The notes under the pieces: generated by a model | Told to the model about the DNA's origin: nothing | Database searches by the model: none | What the model saw: the letters and a program-made list of their open reading frames with translations, nothing else | NCBI GenBank assembly: GCA_028534125.1 | Contig: CM052816.1 | Coordinates: 45,200,001 to 45,264,000, forward strand | DNA length: 64,000 nucleotides | Source: Lama glama | Taxonomy: Eukaryota | Direction: 5' to 3' | Shown here: positions 13,820 to 27,533 of the stretch, in pieces | Layout of the letters: the number at the start of each line of letters is the position of its first letter | Numbering within the stretch: the stretch's first letter is position 1 | Translations under genes and position numbers: made by a program

Positions 13820-14080
13820 TGGGGGATACAGGGCTTCTGTTCGGGGGCAACAAAGAGGTTTTGGAAATAGAGATAATGACTGCACAACACTGAGTATAGT
13901 TAATACCACTGAATTGAAAAAGTACATTTACAAATGGTTACCATGGCAAACTTGGTGTCACACATATTTCACCACAGTTTAAAAAAAACAACCCAATAAT
14001 GTAATATAATCAAATGCTATTGAATTGCACAGTTTAAATGGGTGAACGTGAATTATATCTTAATAAAGTTACTTTAAAAA
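13820..14080 (+). mobile_element. L1MB-like 3' end
   Basis: gttttggaaatagag...tgcacaacact...aataccactgaattg...tgaattatatcttaataaagt. Confidence 0.65.
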
Positions 14081-14593
14081 TGTCATGGATAAAAGGAGTA
14101 GCAAACCTCCTGAAAGAGAAAGACCACAGTTGAAGTGTTACTGTTCTAGTCCCTGAGTTTTCATTTTTAAGAATTCGATTTGATTTGCCTCTTCCTACAT
14201 GGTACTATACTTCCCTGGCAGATGTCCCATTCTAATCTACATTGAGAGGAAACCAGCTGGCAAAATATTGCTGCTGTTGGAATATGAAGCTTATTTGTTT
14301 TAGCACTGTGGCTTCTAGGAATCTTGCTCTTTCCTTCTAATATTTAAAGAATCATGCTGATCAGTGGCAGGCAGATCTTTTGATTCCTTATCAAGATGGA
14401 GTTTTGGACAACAATAGAAATTCAGTAATCTGAAGTAAGAAAGGTGTCCCTGATTGGTCTGTTATCTGGCCACATTTTTCCAAATCCTGACAACATGTAG
14501 AAATGAACACGGCTATTGACAACTGCCTTTGCTAGAGAATTCATCATGGTGGAGTGTTAACCCCTTTAGGAACTTTAAAAATGTTGATAATAA

Positions 14594-15354
14594 ACATCAT
14601 CAAAAAGTCTACACATAATAAATGTTAGAGAGGGTGTTGAGAAAAGGGAACCTTCTGACACTGTTAATGGAAATGTAAATTAGTGCTGCCACTAGGGAGA
14701 ACAGTATGGAGGTTTCTTAAAAAATTGAAAATAGAGTTAGCATATGTCCCGCGATCCCACTCCTGGGCGTATACTCAGAAAAGACGAAAACTAATTCAAA
14801 AAGATCCACGCACCCCAATGTTCACAGCAGCACTATTTACAATAGCCAGGACATGGAAGCAACCTAACTGTCCGTTGACACATAAATGGATAAAGAAGTT
14901 GTGGTACATATATATATGTATGCCATAAAAAAAGAATGAAATACTGCCATTTGCAGCAAAATGGATGGACCTAGAGATGATCATACTAAGTGGAAGTCAG
15001 ACAAAGACAAATATCATATGATATCACTTATATGTGGAATCTTTTAGATTAAAAGAGTGATACGAAAGAACATATTTACAAAACAGAAACAGACTCAGAG
15101 ACATAGAAAACAAACTTACAATTACCAAAGAGGAAATTGAGGGGTGGGATAAATTAGGAGTTTGGGATTAACAGATACATACTACTACATATAAAATAGA
15201 TAAACAAGGACCTACTGCGTAGTACAGGGAACCATATTCAATATCTTGTAATAACCTATAATGGAAAAGAATCTGAAAAATTATATACATAAAACTGAAT
15301 CATTTTGCCATACACCTGAAACTAACACAACAATCAGCTATACTTCAATAAACA
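14594..15354 (+). mobile_element. 5'-truncated L1 (end of ORF2 plus 3' UTR) with target-site duplication
   Basis: ORF track shows L1-like peptides (WRFLKKLKIEL, PMFTAALFTIARTWKQP). TSD aaaaatgttgataataa (14577-14593) vs aaaaatgctggtaataa (15355-15371), 15/17. Confidence 0.9.
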
Positions 15355-16589
15355 AAAAATGCTGGTAATAAGATTAAATTTACCTTAAGTGATAAATAAG
15401 AATCCAGTTATCTGTAAAAAAAAGTTACAGTAATTATGACTCCACACAACAAAATCTCACATTTCTGTAATAATTATCTAAGCCTCAAATTCATTAAAAC
15501 CTATTAACAATTTAAAAATGCTTACCAACTTCAAACTTTTCACCTTAAATTTTATATTTTATAACCAATTTCATCAATTCCTCCTACCTTATCATGTAAC
15601 TGACTACAGGGTGATGCTGTAGGCTTTGCGACAACTAACTTCTTTGTCACTTAAGGTAAACTCAATCTTATCACTGCCATTTCTAAAGTCCCTAAAAGGG
15701 ATCATCATGATGCTGCCTTTGTTTTTATTGCTGTTTGATTTTCCTGTGCAGTTTTTGTTTTGTACTTACATGGCAATCCAATGATCAAAACTCAATGTAA
15801 GAGGAGGAGATGGAAATGGGGGAGCTAAGAGGAAGAGGAGAGGAGAGGAATTTTATAAATGATCAAGATCAATAATGCCTCCTCAGGTTTTAAAAAAAAG
15901 CAAAGCCATGCTTAACAGTGATGATAGAACACTTGGGTGTTTTAAGGGAAATTATTAACAGAACAAAATTTCCTCTTAGACAGATTTTTTTAAATTATAA
16001 TTGTTTCCTGAAATGATACTAATTTCCCCCCAAAGTTCTTAAGAATTCAAAAATAAAAGGCCAAAAAGGCTTTCTTAGAACAAACTTGTTCTGTTCCTAA
16101 TCATTCTTCTGGAACCAGAGTCAATGAAATCATCCTGAACACAACAAGGTTTGTTCTAGGATAGACCTTCTCATTCCAAGGCAAAGAAAGACTGAAAAAC
16201 CCCAAACCAAGAAATATCTCTCCCAAACAAACTGCACTGTGTGAATGATCCTCTTCTTAGCTGTGCTAAAATGCTTGATGGAGTTATTTTTAACTGGGAA
16301 CAGAACATTCATTCTGGAAAATCTTCAGACACCTAATTTTATAACGAGCAGAAATACATACTTTTGATGAAAGACTGTGCAAACCACAGCACCCTGCCAA
16401 CATACAGGTGCAAAGTCATCAACAGACAATAGGTTTTGTGGTTTTTAGGAAAGAAAATCTTCTAGATGTCGTGAAGTCTTAAATCTGGATCACCTGTACC
16501 AGGGCTGGAAGAAACAGGGTGCTTGCCATCATCGAGGTTTCTTTGCTCAGGCACAGTATTTTCTCATAAATAATGAGCCTGGGTGATAC

Positions 16590-16922
16590 CAAGTGGATTC
16601 TACAGTTTTTATTATTACTTTTATTAAACAATGTTAGCAGCCATGTAGGATGATTAAAAAACAACTAATATTTTGGAATAGGGACACCTATTAAGTGATA
16701 TAAATTAATCCTATTAACTGGTATAAATTGATCCAGTCTTTCATTATAGCAGTTAATTTTCAGGTTGCACAAGGATAAGCAATTTATATTTCAAACACAA
16801 TCATCACTTCTGGGTTAATCATCCAGTATAATTAAGACTTATTACACGGCCTCATGTACTTATAGAGTTTTAGCAGAGTCAACACAAATACGAAGTAGTC
16901 TCCTCCTAATGGTTACTGAGTG
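16590..16922 (-). other. ADGRV1: ADGRV1 3' UTR (end approximate)
   Basis: Lies between the stop codon and the paired poly(A) signals. The cleavage site is inferred about 15-30 nt past a hexamer. Confidence 0.75.
16608..16625 (-). terminator. Tandem polyadenylation signals (AATAAA x2)
   Basis: tttatt on the plus strand at 16608-16613 and 16620-16625, about 300 nt after the stop codon. Confidence 0.8.
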
Positions 16923-17084
<162 letters not shown>

Positions 17085-17767
17085 TTAAGGGTCAAGTTAC
17101 ATTAAGTCAGCACATATTTATTTCTCTGATGTTAACAAAAAGTGAGCTATACACTTAGAATAAATATTATTAACATCTAACAATTAAAAACTATATTTCA
17201 AATTCCTTTTGGTAGTCTTTATAAGTAAAAATTAATTTCCTAAGACACAGATTTGGGTTCTTAATCTTTTTTCTGTTCCCACATGGTTGACAGGTATAAC
17301 GTACTCATAAGAACAGCATTTCTCAAAAGGGGGCTTACTGAAATAAAACCAATCAGACAGTTGATTGGAATTTTTTAGCAGGGGGATAGGATTTGCTGTT
17401 GGAAAGCATATAACCTCCAACCCCACATTTACTGAACCTAGTCGGTCTTTCAGCTGAGACTCAGCGTGGGCAGGGATCTGAGAAAGAAACCACTGACCAC
17501 ACCTGGTATCATATCAGTGGCCAGAAGGCACTGGCTCTGAATGACTCAGATCTGTTCCCAAGGTAAAAATAATGATGTAACACAGGCCAGGACGGATCCA
17601 CACAAGAATCCCACAAAGCTAGCTGTTAATTGCAGCTAGCACCAGAATCTCTGTTTTGAGGAAGCTCTACTATTTACTACTTTATTCACAACTCAGAAAA
17701 CTTGACACTATGCTAGGCTAACACCTTGTTATTTTCTTTTATAAGGTGCAGAGGAACACATAAACAT

Positions 17768-17793
17768 CCTCTCTCTCTCTCTCACACACACAC
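17768..17793 (+). repeat. Compound (CT)n(CA)n microsatellite
   Basis: Seen directly. Confidence 0.85.
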
Positions 17794-18379
17794 AGACAGA
17801 GAATAGGGATGTGGTCACAGGGCGTGTTGTTGGCTGAATCACCAGAGATTACAGCTCCCAGCCCCACCCCCCTCTGCCAGGCACAAGACTGAAAATAAGA
17901 AGGAAAGTGAAAAATCAGTTGCCTGGGCAGCTGAGACTTCCCTTTCCATCTGATACAGGAAAGGCGATTCTGCAGAGTTGGTAGCTAAGGGAAGATGGTG
18001 AATTAGCTTCTTCTTAACCTATTTGGAGATAGAAGCAGAAGTCCACTAATGACTTCCTTCTAACCAAACCCTCCCTCTTTTGAGTCTCTGTTCTTCCCAC
18101 CCTCTCTCTGTTACAGGCTGCTGTTGAAACCTCACTTCCTCCCTTTGCTTCTGTGACGCTGCCCTTGCCCATCGCACCCTCTGATCTGCTGGCTCTTTCC
18201 AAAGCTCTTCTGCTTTCCTGCACAGCACCTCTGCGGTCTGATGGGCTGTGGTCTGCGGTCTGGAGGGCTTGTCTTCAGCCCAGTTTCAGGGTCCACACGA
18301 TCTGCCAGACCCTTGCCTGCTCTCTCACCTAATGCCTCACTAGGGCCACTGGTCACTGCCTTTCTTCACCATGTTATTA

Positions 18380-18605
18380 TGTGGGCATTTCTGCCTAGGA
18401 TGCTCTTTCCCTCTGCTCCACTCCTTAATCTGGCTGCTTCCACTCGTCGTAAGTATCAATTCAGGTAGTATCACCTCTGCTACTCATGGGAACATGATGT
18501 TTCTCTTGTTAAATTTCTGATTCTCCTGTTAGATTATGTCTCCTAGTTCCTAGGACAGTGCCCAGCACCTGTGGGTATTCAGGAAATGTTTGTTGAATGT
18601 ATTAA
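18380..18605 (+). mobile_element. L2 3' end
   Basis: cctaggacagtgcccagcacctgtgggtattcaggaaatgtttgttgaatg matches the L2 terminus. Confidence 0.65.
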
Positions 18606-20759
18606 TAAACTGTGTTCTGCATCCTGATTCTTGAAAATGCCTCCTCCCTCTTTATTGCCTGAGCTGTTCCTCTGATCCATTCTGCACTCCACTGCACTTT
18701 CCTTCTCAAGAACAAACATGAGCTCCTCTTGCCAATGACATCAAGCTTGAAACCATCTGCAATGTCTTTTAAGACACTCCTAACCTGGCTGTACCTTGCC
18801 AAACAGACAAGAGTTCAACCTTTGCCCACTGGAGAGCTTTCTCAAAGTGATCAGTTCTTTTGATTGGTCCTGCAACCAGCCACATTCTTTTCAGCCTGAG
18901 CATCTTCCTGCCTGTCCATTAAAGCCCATTTCCACACCCTTTCATAAATTCTTCTTTCACTATTCCTTCACAGCAGGGAGCTGGAGAGTGAACTGTCTGA
19001 AAAGCCCCAGTTTATACTTGAAAAAATTATTAATCACATCCTTTTACACTCCAATTGCCCTAGCATGGATGATAAACTGCATGGTACCTCTATATATAGT
19101 GGACATGTAAGTCATGAAACAAAATGTGTAACAAACACCTGTGAACTCTGTCCTTAAGAACTAGAATATTGCCAATGACAATGTTTTTCAAAATTTAGTT
19201 GCCACAGTTAAAAAAATATGTATTTAACATTAAAAAAACAGAATTTGGGTTTCCCTTTTAAAAAGCAGAAGACAAGTGAGCACTGGGCTTATATTTGTGA
19301 ATTGTTTCGGAAAAAAAAAAGGCAAAAACACAGACCAGGAACTACTTTCTGGTTTGTGAATGTTTTCATCAGCCTTTTTGGATCACTTATGATAAATGTC
19401 TGGCCCTGAGGTAACATTTGAGTTTGCCATACTGTTTTTGAAGGACAGAGGGCCCATATTTTTCTGTCACAGAGGCAGGGAACTGTCAGACCTGGAAGAA
19501 CCTCAAAGCGGAACAGTAAGACAGAAGGTGACTGAGGTCCTGAGCCTACAGCAGCTTGATCTGGGTGCGGAATTCAGGTGCTCAGCAACAGAGCTGCCCG
19601 ATATGGGATCAACCATGGAGAGACAGAGGGGCCCCCAGGATTAGCATCAGGGAAGAGTGAGGCATAATGAATGAACTAGCATTGCCTCCCTCTGATTTCA
19701 GGGTTGGTCTGCTCTGAAGGCCACTAGGAATGCATCAGCGTTTGCCCACATGGGGACAAAGCACACTACAAAGAAGTTGTGTACTGACAGCCTGCGGGGC
19801 AGCCTGTGAGGGACAGAGCAGACTGGGCTGGGAGGTCCAATGTGCAATGCAGCTTCACAAGCGAAGGGGTGCCACCAGCTTGCTGAGCAGCCCAGAGCCC
19901 CAGGAGACGTCAGCAGGTTCTAGATACAGCTTCCCCTTGAGTCACCATGTCCTTCTCCTCATCCTGGCTGTGACCCACCTCATCCTCCTTTTCAGTTTCC
20001 TCTCAGTTGACACAGATGCATGGTATCCAAATCCTAATCCCTCCTGAGACTCAGACAGGACAAGTATCACACTCACACACACACACACACACACGTGGCA
20101 GGACTGGGAGCACGGCGCAGGTTTCTCATCTTGCTGTAATTTATTCAGTGGTCTAGGAAGGCATTTGGCAGTAAGAATCCTGATTTTCTGAAAAGTATCT
20201 TCGTGCTTAAGTTTTAAGCCAAAAATTCACCAAAAATCCAGTATCTCTGATAGTAATAACTTTCCACTGTGATTCACTGAACAGTCAATGTCAAAGGAAT
20301 TCCAAGTAATGACTTACATTCATCTCGTGTCTCTCCTTTCCTCAACATTTCAACATACTTTAGTTATTAGTTAGAAAGCATGATTATTAGTCCTGTTTTA
20401 CAGACATGGGGACTGAGTAAGGATCAGAAGTACCCAATGAGTTGCCCACGTCACACAGCAGGGAAGTCACGGAATTCAGTGGGCCTTCTGACCCCAAATG
20501 TACGGGGTTGTCTTCCACACCCAACTGCTTCGTGTGGGGGCAGCTCTAATCATGTAACTTCTTTGTTCCCCAGGTTTCAAGTGTTCACATGTGTCTATAG
20601 AATAAATTTCAAACTCCTTGTCACATACTCAAGCACCACACTACCTGGCTCAATAGCTATGGTGCAGTGAACACCCGGGTGTTACAGAAAACAGTATGAA
20701 CATTTAAAACTGTTTTTAAGCATAACAAGAAACTGAACCCAACAAATAACTTATACCAC

Positions 20760-20975
20760 ACACGTGCTGAATTTAAGTTCTGCCAGACACTGTGACAGAT
20801 TCTTTACATTGGCAATCTCCATACTCCATGAAAACTTACAAGCTAGTTATAATCACCTTTATCTGCTAAAGGAGGAAACTGAAAGGTTGAGCTGCTTGCT
20901 CAAAGTCACACAGACAGTACACTGCGGAACCAGGATTCCGACACAGGGTTCATGGACCCCAAAGCCCATTCTTAT
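20760..20975 (-). mobile_element. MIR SINE
   Basis: gaggaaactgaaaggttgagctgcttgctcaaagtcacacag, MIR core in reverse orientation. Confidence 0.65.
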
Positions 20976-20991
20976 TTCCCATGGCCTTTTA

Positions 20992-21175
20992 TTTATTTAT
21001 TTTTAATTTTTTTTCCATTTTTAATTTTATCTTATTTTGGGGGGAGGGGAGGTAACTTATTTAATTAATTCACTTATTTATCTATTTATTTATTTTTAGA
21101 GGAGATACGGGGGACTGAACCCAGGACCTTACGCATGCTAAGCACACACTCTACCACTTGAGCTATACCCTCCCC
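20992..21175 (-). mobile_element. tRNA-Ala-derived SINE (camelid Vic-1-like) with TSD
   Basis: Reverse complement begins ggggagggtatagctcaagtggtagagtgtgtgcttagcatgcgtaaggtcctgggttca (A and B boxes) and has an A-rich tail. TSD tcccatggcctttta / tcctatggcctttta. Confidence 0.88.
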
Positions 21176-22617
21176 ATCCTATGGCCTTTTAAAATAATGA
21201 GACAGAGGTCAAACTCCTTCAATCTTCTTCTAAAGGAAAAAAAATAAAAATCTTTCCACATTTTACTCTTCCACTTTGATGCCCACCCAACTTTGTTTAG
21301 TACACTGGGCTGCAGAAGTTCTTGAAGTCAAATTAAGTTGTAGTTTTATGTGATGTCTCTGAAGGAGAAATGTATTAATGAGTTCGAGGAGTTTGCGTAT
21401 TTGGACCTCGATTCTAAATGTTTTCATGTGTGTTCAAGGACTTGTTATTTATTTTCTTCTGACTGAAAAAAGAAATCATTTAAAGATTTCCAACAGGGAA
21501 CTGTTTATCAGGACACTTATGTCATTGGCCTGAGGCAAAATCAGGAAGTCAAGGGGCTAGGATGACGGGGAATCAGATTAGTCTCTGGGAGAAGCTCCCT
21601 GTGAGGAATGACCCTGTTTCTAAGCCCAAGATGTTCCCAGCTTGACATTTTCTAGAATCACGTCAGTTCTGAATCAACATAAAAATGCCAGTTCTCAAAA
21701 CACTTGTGAGGGATGTAAACAGAGCACATGCCCTTCCATGCCGGCCTCGCCCTCTGTGCAGGCGGAGTCCGTTCTGGTGAGTTAGCTCAGACCTTTTCCT
21801 CTTTCCGAAAATGGAGGCTGTCCCAGGGTGACTGTTCTCTTTCTCCCAAAGTCCTGGCTGGGAACACGGATGATCCATGAGAAAGTTCTATTAAAATAAC
21901 TAATAATAACCACGACACCACTAGTCTAGGACTGAGTGTCTCACTTGCCTGTGGAGAGGCTAATGTACTTCATGAACAACTAATTGAAGATTATGTCCTC
22001 TTTTTAGTGTGAAATTTTTAGATTTCTCATAGAAAAACAAATAATTTATTTAAAAAATGAAAAAGGTCAATAGTGTTTTCTTTTTCTTTGTGTGTGTGTG
22101 TGTTTTAAGAAATGCAATATGGTTAAAATTCAAATGAAAAAAACAAGTCCATGACTGGCTTTGGGGCAAGGGCTTCTATTTTATACCAATTAAATGAATA
22201 AGATACATTACATCTGGATAAAATTCTGTGTTGGGAGTGGAATGGTAATGCAAGTTTAAAGAGAGAAGAGAATGGTGGAAAATTTCCAACTGGAAAAGAA
22301 AAGCCTGCTCATAGCTATTTAAAAGCAAATGAATAACTGTGGGTATCAAACTGCTCTGGTACTTAGACTTCTTTAAATTAGTTTGAAAGAATAATGTAAA
22401 TTTAAAAAATCTAAAATTTATAATTTAGTGGAAATTATGTTGCTTGATACTACTTAAACTTATGATGAAAAACTTTAGATGTTTATTTAGATATATGCAA
22501 ACAGTAACATAGCTTTTCAAAGTTGTTTAGGGGTTCAAATGAAAAGAACTTTGAAGATCCACTGTTCCTAGCACTTGACCTGGAGTGGCTCACAGTTAGG
22601 CGGGATCTGAGATAGAT

Positions 22618-22922
22618 CAAGAGTTGCAAACTCAAATGTCACAGAGGCTAGGGACACTAGAGTAAATCAGTGACGCAGGTCTGGTGGGCACTGGACAAAC
22701 CTGTTTAAAGGGGCAGCCATTACTCAGCTCCAATCAGTGTTGTGCTAGATTTTAAGCACTCTTATCGCTAGATTCTTTTTTTTTTTTTTTTAGGACTTTC
22801 TGGGTTTTTATGGGATATTTCTAAATTTTTAAATTTTGGTTCAAAAATGTTACAATGCAATGAAGGTCAAAAAAAATTCCCTGTGGGTCCAAATCTGGCC
22901 CATGTGTTGACTGTGAATTCTG
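22618..22922 (-). mobile_element. MER102-like hAT-Charlie DNA transposon remnant
   Basis: ttgcaaactcaaatg...taaaggggcagccattactcagctcca...caaatctggccc; homologous in reverse to 54163-54470. Confidence 0.65.
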
Positions 22923-23414
22923 CTGCAGATGGAGTAGCAGGTGGCCTGCTCCTTTGTTTCAACCGCATTCTAAGATGGAAAGCGTCTAGGGAGTGGTGCT
23001 TGACTACTATGGTACCTTTTCCAAAAATAAAGGGAGCCTGGGTTAGAGACTACTATTCTGGTCTTTTTAAGTATTTACTTCCCAATGTGTTTAGTGAACT
23101 CGTGAACTCTAAGCGATGCTCAACTCCATCTATAAGTAAGCAAGTCATTCCATGCATTCCTGAATGGAATGCATTCAATACTTGCTGTACATATAGGATC
23201 CAGATCTAATTTAATTATGTTGCAAGAATTCGTGTTCTCAGTGCCGTAGTGTCAACCGACTGTTCTCTGGCGCTGGGAACATGATCTTCCCTGAGGATTA
23301 TCTGTAATGCGAAAGACCCTTTTCAGTCCTAACTCTAAGGAGCATTTAATAAAGCTGCTCCTTCCCTCGGTCATCAAACTCTCTTCTCTCTGCTCTTGTG
23401 CTCACCACGCAGCC

Positions 23415-24080
23415 TCTTCCACTCGCTCTTCAAATGCAGGTATCATCTAGGATGCTCTTCCTATTTCTTTCCTTCCTCGTGTTTTCCCTTTCTCCTTTTC
23501 CCTCCCTTCCTCACCTCTTTTGTTCTCATCTCTTAGCTTCCACTCTCCCAGACTCAACTTATTCACCCCCATAGCTTCAAACATAACCGCGGCATGAGGC
23601 ATTGCACATCATTACCTCCAAGCCTGCATCTCTCACCAAAGATCCCAACTTGAATATTCAAGAGCCCCCAGGCTGAATGACCAAAATATCCAAATCGGAA
23701 CTCATCAGTTTCTTGCTGAAAGCAATCAACACACAAATGCTCTGGACGGGATTCCTCAGTCACCCAGGTGAGAAGCGCGAGCCTTTGCTGACTCGCCTGT
23801 CCTCTGTGCTTCCTCAGCTCTCCCCTTGTCCTTTTTCTTTCCACTCCCCAGATCTGAGGCCTAAACCCTGGGCCACTGTAATCACCTCCCAGCCTCTCTG
23901 ACTGCTTCCACATTTATCCTCCAGACTTTCACAAGAGTTACTTTGCCTCAAAACCAGCGAGAACATGCTGTTCCTCTCCTGGAAAACCTCCGTGGCTCAC
24001 TGGGCTCTATAAACATCCCACTGCCTAGCATGGCGTGTGCGGAGCATCTTAATACCATGCAGGACGTCGGTAAGTGCTCT
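23415..24080 (+). mobile_element. L2 fragment
   Basis: Pyrimidine-rich L2-like body (catagcttcaaac..., aaaatatccaaatcggaactcat, aaaacctccgtggctc). Confidence 0.55.
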
Positions 24081-24639
24081 GCTCCCCCAAAGTGAATCTA
24101 CCAGGAACTGTGTTGTGGAAGCCCCAGGTTAAATGAAGTGAAGTGGCTTTCTTTATCCTAGGGCTTTTTAGGGCTGCTAAAACGCTAGGGGAATTGTGAA
24201 CCTCTGCAGTTTCCCAAGTGGATTTGGTCGGGGGATCCTTTCACCGAGGGTGACTATGAATATCTCTAGGAGGGTGCTCACTGAAACCCAGTTGAGGAAC
24301 TCTAGTAACTTGTTAACAATGCAGGTGACCTGCCTTCCAGGTTTTTCTCCCGCCGCCTGGCTTCACCCCGCCTCCACCCAAGCCACACTGCGTGCTGCTT
24401 CTCCCCAGGCAGGCCATGCCCCCCACCCCGTGCAGCCCAGGGCTTTGGCTAATTCTTTTCCCTCAGTCTGCACTGTCTTTCCTCCACTCTTTACTTACTT
24501 CAGCCTTACATATTCTTCAAGGCTCAACTGAGAAGGTTCTAAAAAAAGTTTCTTTGAATAACTCTTTCCACTACTTATTTTACTCTTCTTTATGTCGTGT
24601 TTGTGTGAATGTCTATTCCTCCAGGCAAACTTTGTTTCA

Positions 24640-24735
24640 CTTTTCATTCACTCATTCATTCATTCATTCATTCATTCTCCAAAAACATCTACAAAAGGTT
24701 TACCAAGCACCAAGCACTAATCTGAACACAGGAAT
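24640..24735 (-). mobile_element. L2 3' tail with (CATT)n
   Basis: ttcattcactcattcattcattcattcattc followed by L2-like sequence. Confidence 0.6.
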
Positions 24736-25418
24736 ATATACAGCAGAACGCAGTAATCAATACAATGGGTTCGTCTGAGCACAGACATCTCTCTTCTAGT
24801 TTGCTTGTATATCTAAAAATGAAAGGTTCACGGAACTTTTTATAACAGTGACAGTTTAACAATTTTCTGAGGGAAAAAAAGAAAAAATTGCATATTTGAT
24901 TTGAAAACAACTATCCACTGGGGACATAGGTTGAGTAGAGTTGAACATACAGGAAGAGCCAATGAAATTCTATTTGTGATAGCTCTTTGAAAACTGTAAA
25001 ACTATATGAGGCCTGTTGGGTTGCCTTTGAAAGTTTCTGCTGCAAAGATACCCCACAAGAAATTCTATCTGGCAGGTCAAAGGCAAAACTCTCTCAGTGA
25101 AACCCTCACCAGATTCTTACAAAGCTGAACTTGTCTCAATGGGATCCTGGTGTGCTAGCAAGACTCCAGTGCACAGATACTTACATTTTAGTTAGAGTAT
25201 GCCTTTTCCTTAAAAGTAAGTTTTATATTATTCTTAGGCTGTCTTATATTTGGTGCCAAGAATAAAATATCCTAGAATTTGGCTGGGATTAGGATGGGGT
25301 CATGAGAATCAGGATGAGCTAAGGGTGACTGAACTTCTACAGCTTCATGGGAAGAAGATGTAAATCTTAGCACAGCAAGAGCGCCTACGTCTAATGGGGT
25401 TTGTGGGTTCACACATAC

Positions 25419-25596
25419 CAGTTTTTAATGCAAATATCAAGTCATCAAACTCCTGGGACTCCTCATCAGCTATTAATGACCCCTGGCCGTATCCTCCAGG
25501 GGACGGGAACGTGGCGCCATTCTGCGGGCTTGGCTTTAAGTCAGGGCTGGCCTGACTGGCGTGCTGGAAGGAGGCTCTCTCCCAGTCGGGTGGCAC
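25419..25596 (-). CDS. ADGRV1: ADGRV1 penultimate coding exon, 178 nt, phase 0-1
   Basis: Translates [59 protein letters not shown] plus 1 nt. Acceptor ccctaaaag|GTG; donor ACTG|gtatgt. In frame with both neighbouring exons. Confidence 0.97.
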
Positions 25597-26444
25597 CTTT
25601 TAGGGTTGGGGTTGGGAGAAAAGGGAACCATAATATGAGTACTCACATATTTACTCTAAAATCTGTATGAACAATTTATCTCTGTATCTCAGTTACAAAG
25701 ACCAAGTGAATTAGAATTAAGACTTTTAATTTTACGTTTTTTCTTTAGTATGTCTCTCCATCAGACAATCTAATCTGATGATTCTAAACAACTTCTCTAT
25801 TAGAATTACTTGTAGATTTCTATGTCATCACAAGTGGAGAAAGAGGATTATTTTTAAAGCCAATAAATACATTACATTTTTTTCACAGGATATGTGCAAA
25901 GAAAACTGCTGAAAAATAAGACCTGGAGAGGAACATTTCTAGTCTTTAAGATACAATATAGAATTTTAAATATAGTAGCTACCGATAAGTACACAGTGAG
26001 TTGGAAAAAAAAGTTCTTTGATAGAATTCTAAACTCCTCCTTTTCTAAAATTAAATGTTTAAAGAGACAGCTCTATCCTGAAACGGTTAAATGTATTTGC
26101 TTTCCTTTTGGTTACTGATAAACACCTCCTTAATCCTTCCTTTCCTAATGCTTTCCCTTCTCTGCATGGCTTTCAAGAATGTCTCTGCTAGTCCCTCACG
26201 GACAGCTGGATCAAGGCCAGTTTTAAGCCTCTGAGGAATGCAGAGCACACTGTAGGATATACCACTGTGCTACACCCCAAATGAACATTCGAGTAGTGCT
26301 CAGGCCAGAAACTGCACTGTCACAGCTGCTGCCTCCCATCTAAGGTTCTCTGAGAACTGAGAAAAGTGATCTAACGACTGGAGAAATAAATCTGAGAGAA
26401 GATGAAACCTGAGAAAATTTCACCAGGAAGTTGAACAACTAGAC

Positions 26445-26680
26445 TAGCACTCACTGTTCAATATGGTGACGGCTGAATACAGCTTGATGTAGCTCTGTGA
26501 TGCCACAAACATTTTATATCTGTGTTCCCCACTACAGTAGCTATCAGACACATGCAGCCATTGAGCACTTGAACGTGGCCACGGTGACTGATGAGCTGAA
26601 TTTGTACTGTTATTTAATTTTGATTCATTTCAATTTAAATCACCACACGTGGCTAATGGCTAACGTACTGTATAGTTCAG
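26445..26680. mobile_element. MER3-like hAT MITE
   Basis: cattgagcacttgaacgtggcc...gactgatgagctgaattt...atttaaatcaccacacgtggctaatggcta. Confidence 0.65.
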
Positions 26681-27440
26681 ATTTACATAAGTGCTAGATT
26701 GGGTAGCCAATCAAAAAGACAAAAAAAAAAAAGTTTTAAGTCTCACTCCTGAACTGCTGATCCTAAAAATGCCCATTTCTGTTGTTATCAACTGTGATGC
26801 GGAAACAATTTAGTTTTAAGAACTTTTGGGTTATAAAAATGGTACTAGATTTCTAAACAGTTAAGGGTACTAAACACATATTCCAGTTTTTAAATATGGT
26901 AATTTATTTGTGATCACTTACCTTAACTTTCACCTGACATGAATCAAATTACTTTCTACATTAACATGGAGGCCAAAAAATATTATTGAGCAAGTAGATT
27001 CTCCTGCTCTCTCCCTACCTACTTAACTATCTATAAACTGTTTTCTTTTCAGACAGATGCACCTTCATTTCCTGCTATTTTTCAGGATCCAAACACAAAT
27101 ACTGCTCCTCTTGACTCTAATACAGACACACCAATATGAGCTATGTAAGGAATGGTAGCAAGCACATCTCAGGCACCGCAGAAGTTGTCAGGGACCTGTT
27201 CACTGTCTCTTCCTGGACAAATGTCTTCAGGTATGTTTTAAAAGATGAGCAGTGGTGCCCATGCTATGGGCGGCACTACTGATAGGTGGGGGCAACGTGA
27301 TTTAGACACAGGAACCCCAAATGTGTGGACAGAGAACAATGGGAGGTTTGTTTCAGAATGTTTGTTGGGATTGAAGCAGTGAGTTTGGGATGAGTAAACG
27401 AAGAAAGCTGTGAAAATATTTTTAGGAAGAAACGCTAATC

Positions 27441-27533
27441 TTTTTTTTTTCCTTAATGGAGGTACTGGGGATTGAACCCAGGACCTCGTGCATGCTAAGC
27501 ATGCGCTCTGTCACTGAGCTAGATGCTGCCCCC
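27441..27533 (-). mobile_element. tRNA-Ala-derived SINE (Vic-1-like, short form)
   Basis: ggaggtactggggattgaacccaggacctcgtgcatgctaagcatgcgctctgtcactgagcta preceded by a T-run; same family as the other three copies. Confidence 0.85.

Noticed and set aside
25345..25418. ORF extension [24 protein letters not shown] past the penultimate exon
   Set aside because: A good donor (G|gtatgt) joins in frame to the terminal exon, so the extension is intronic.
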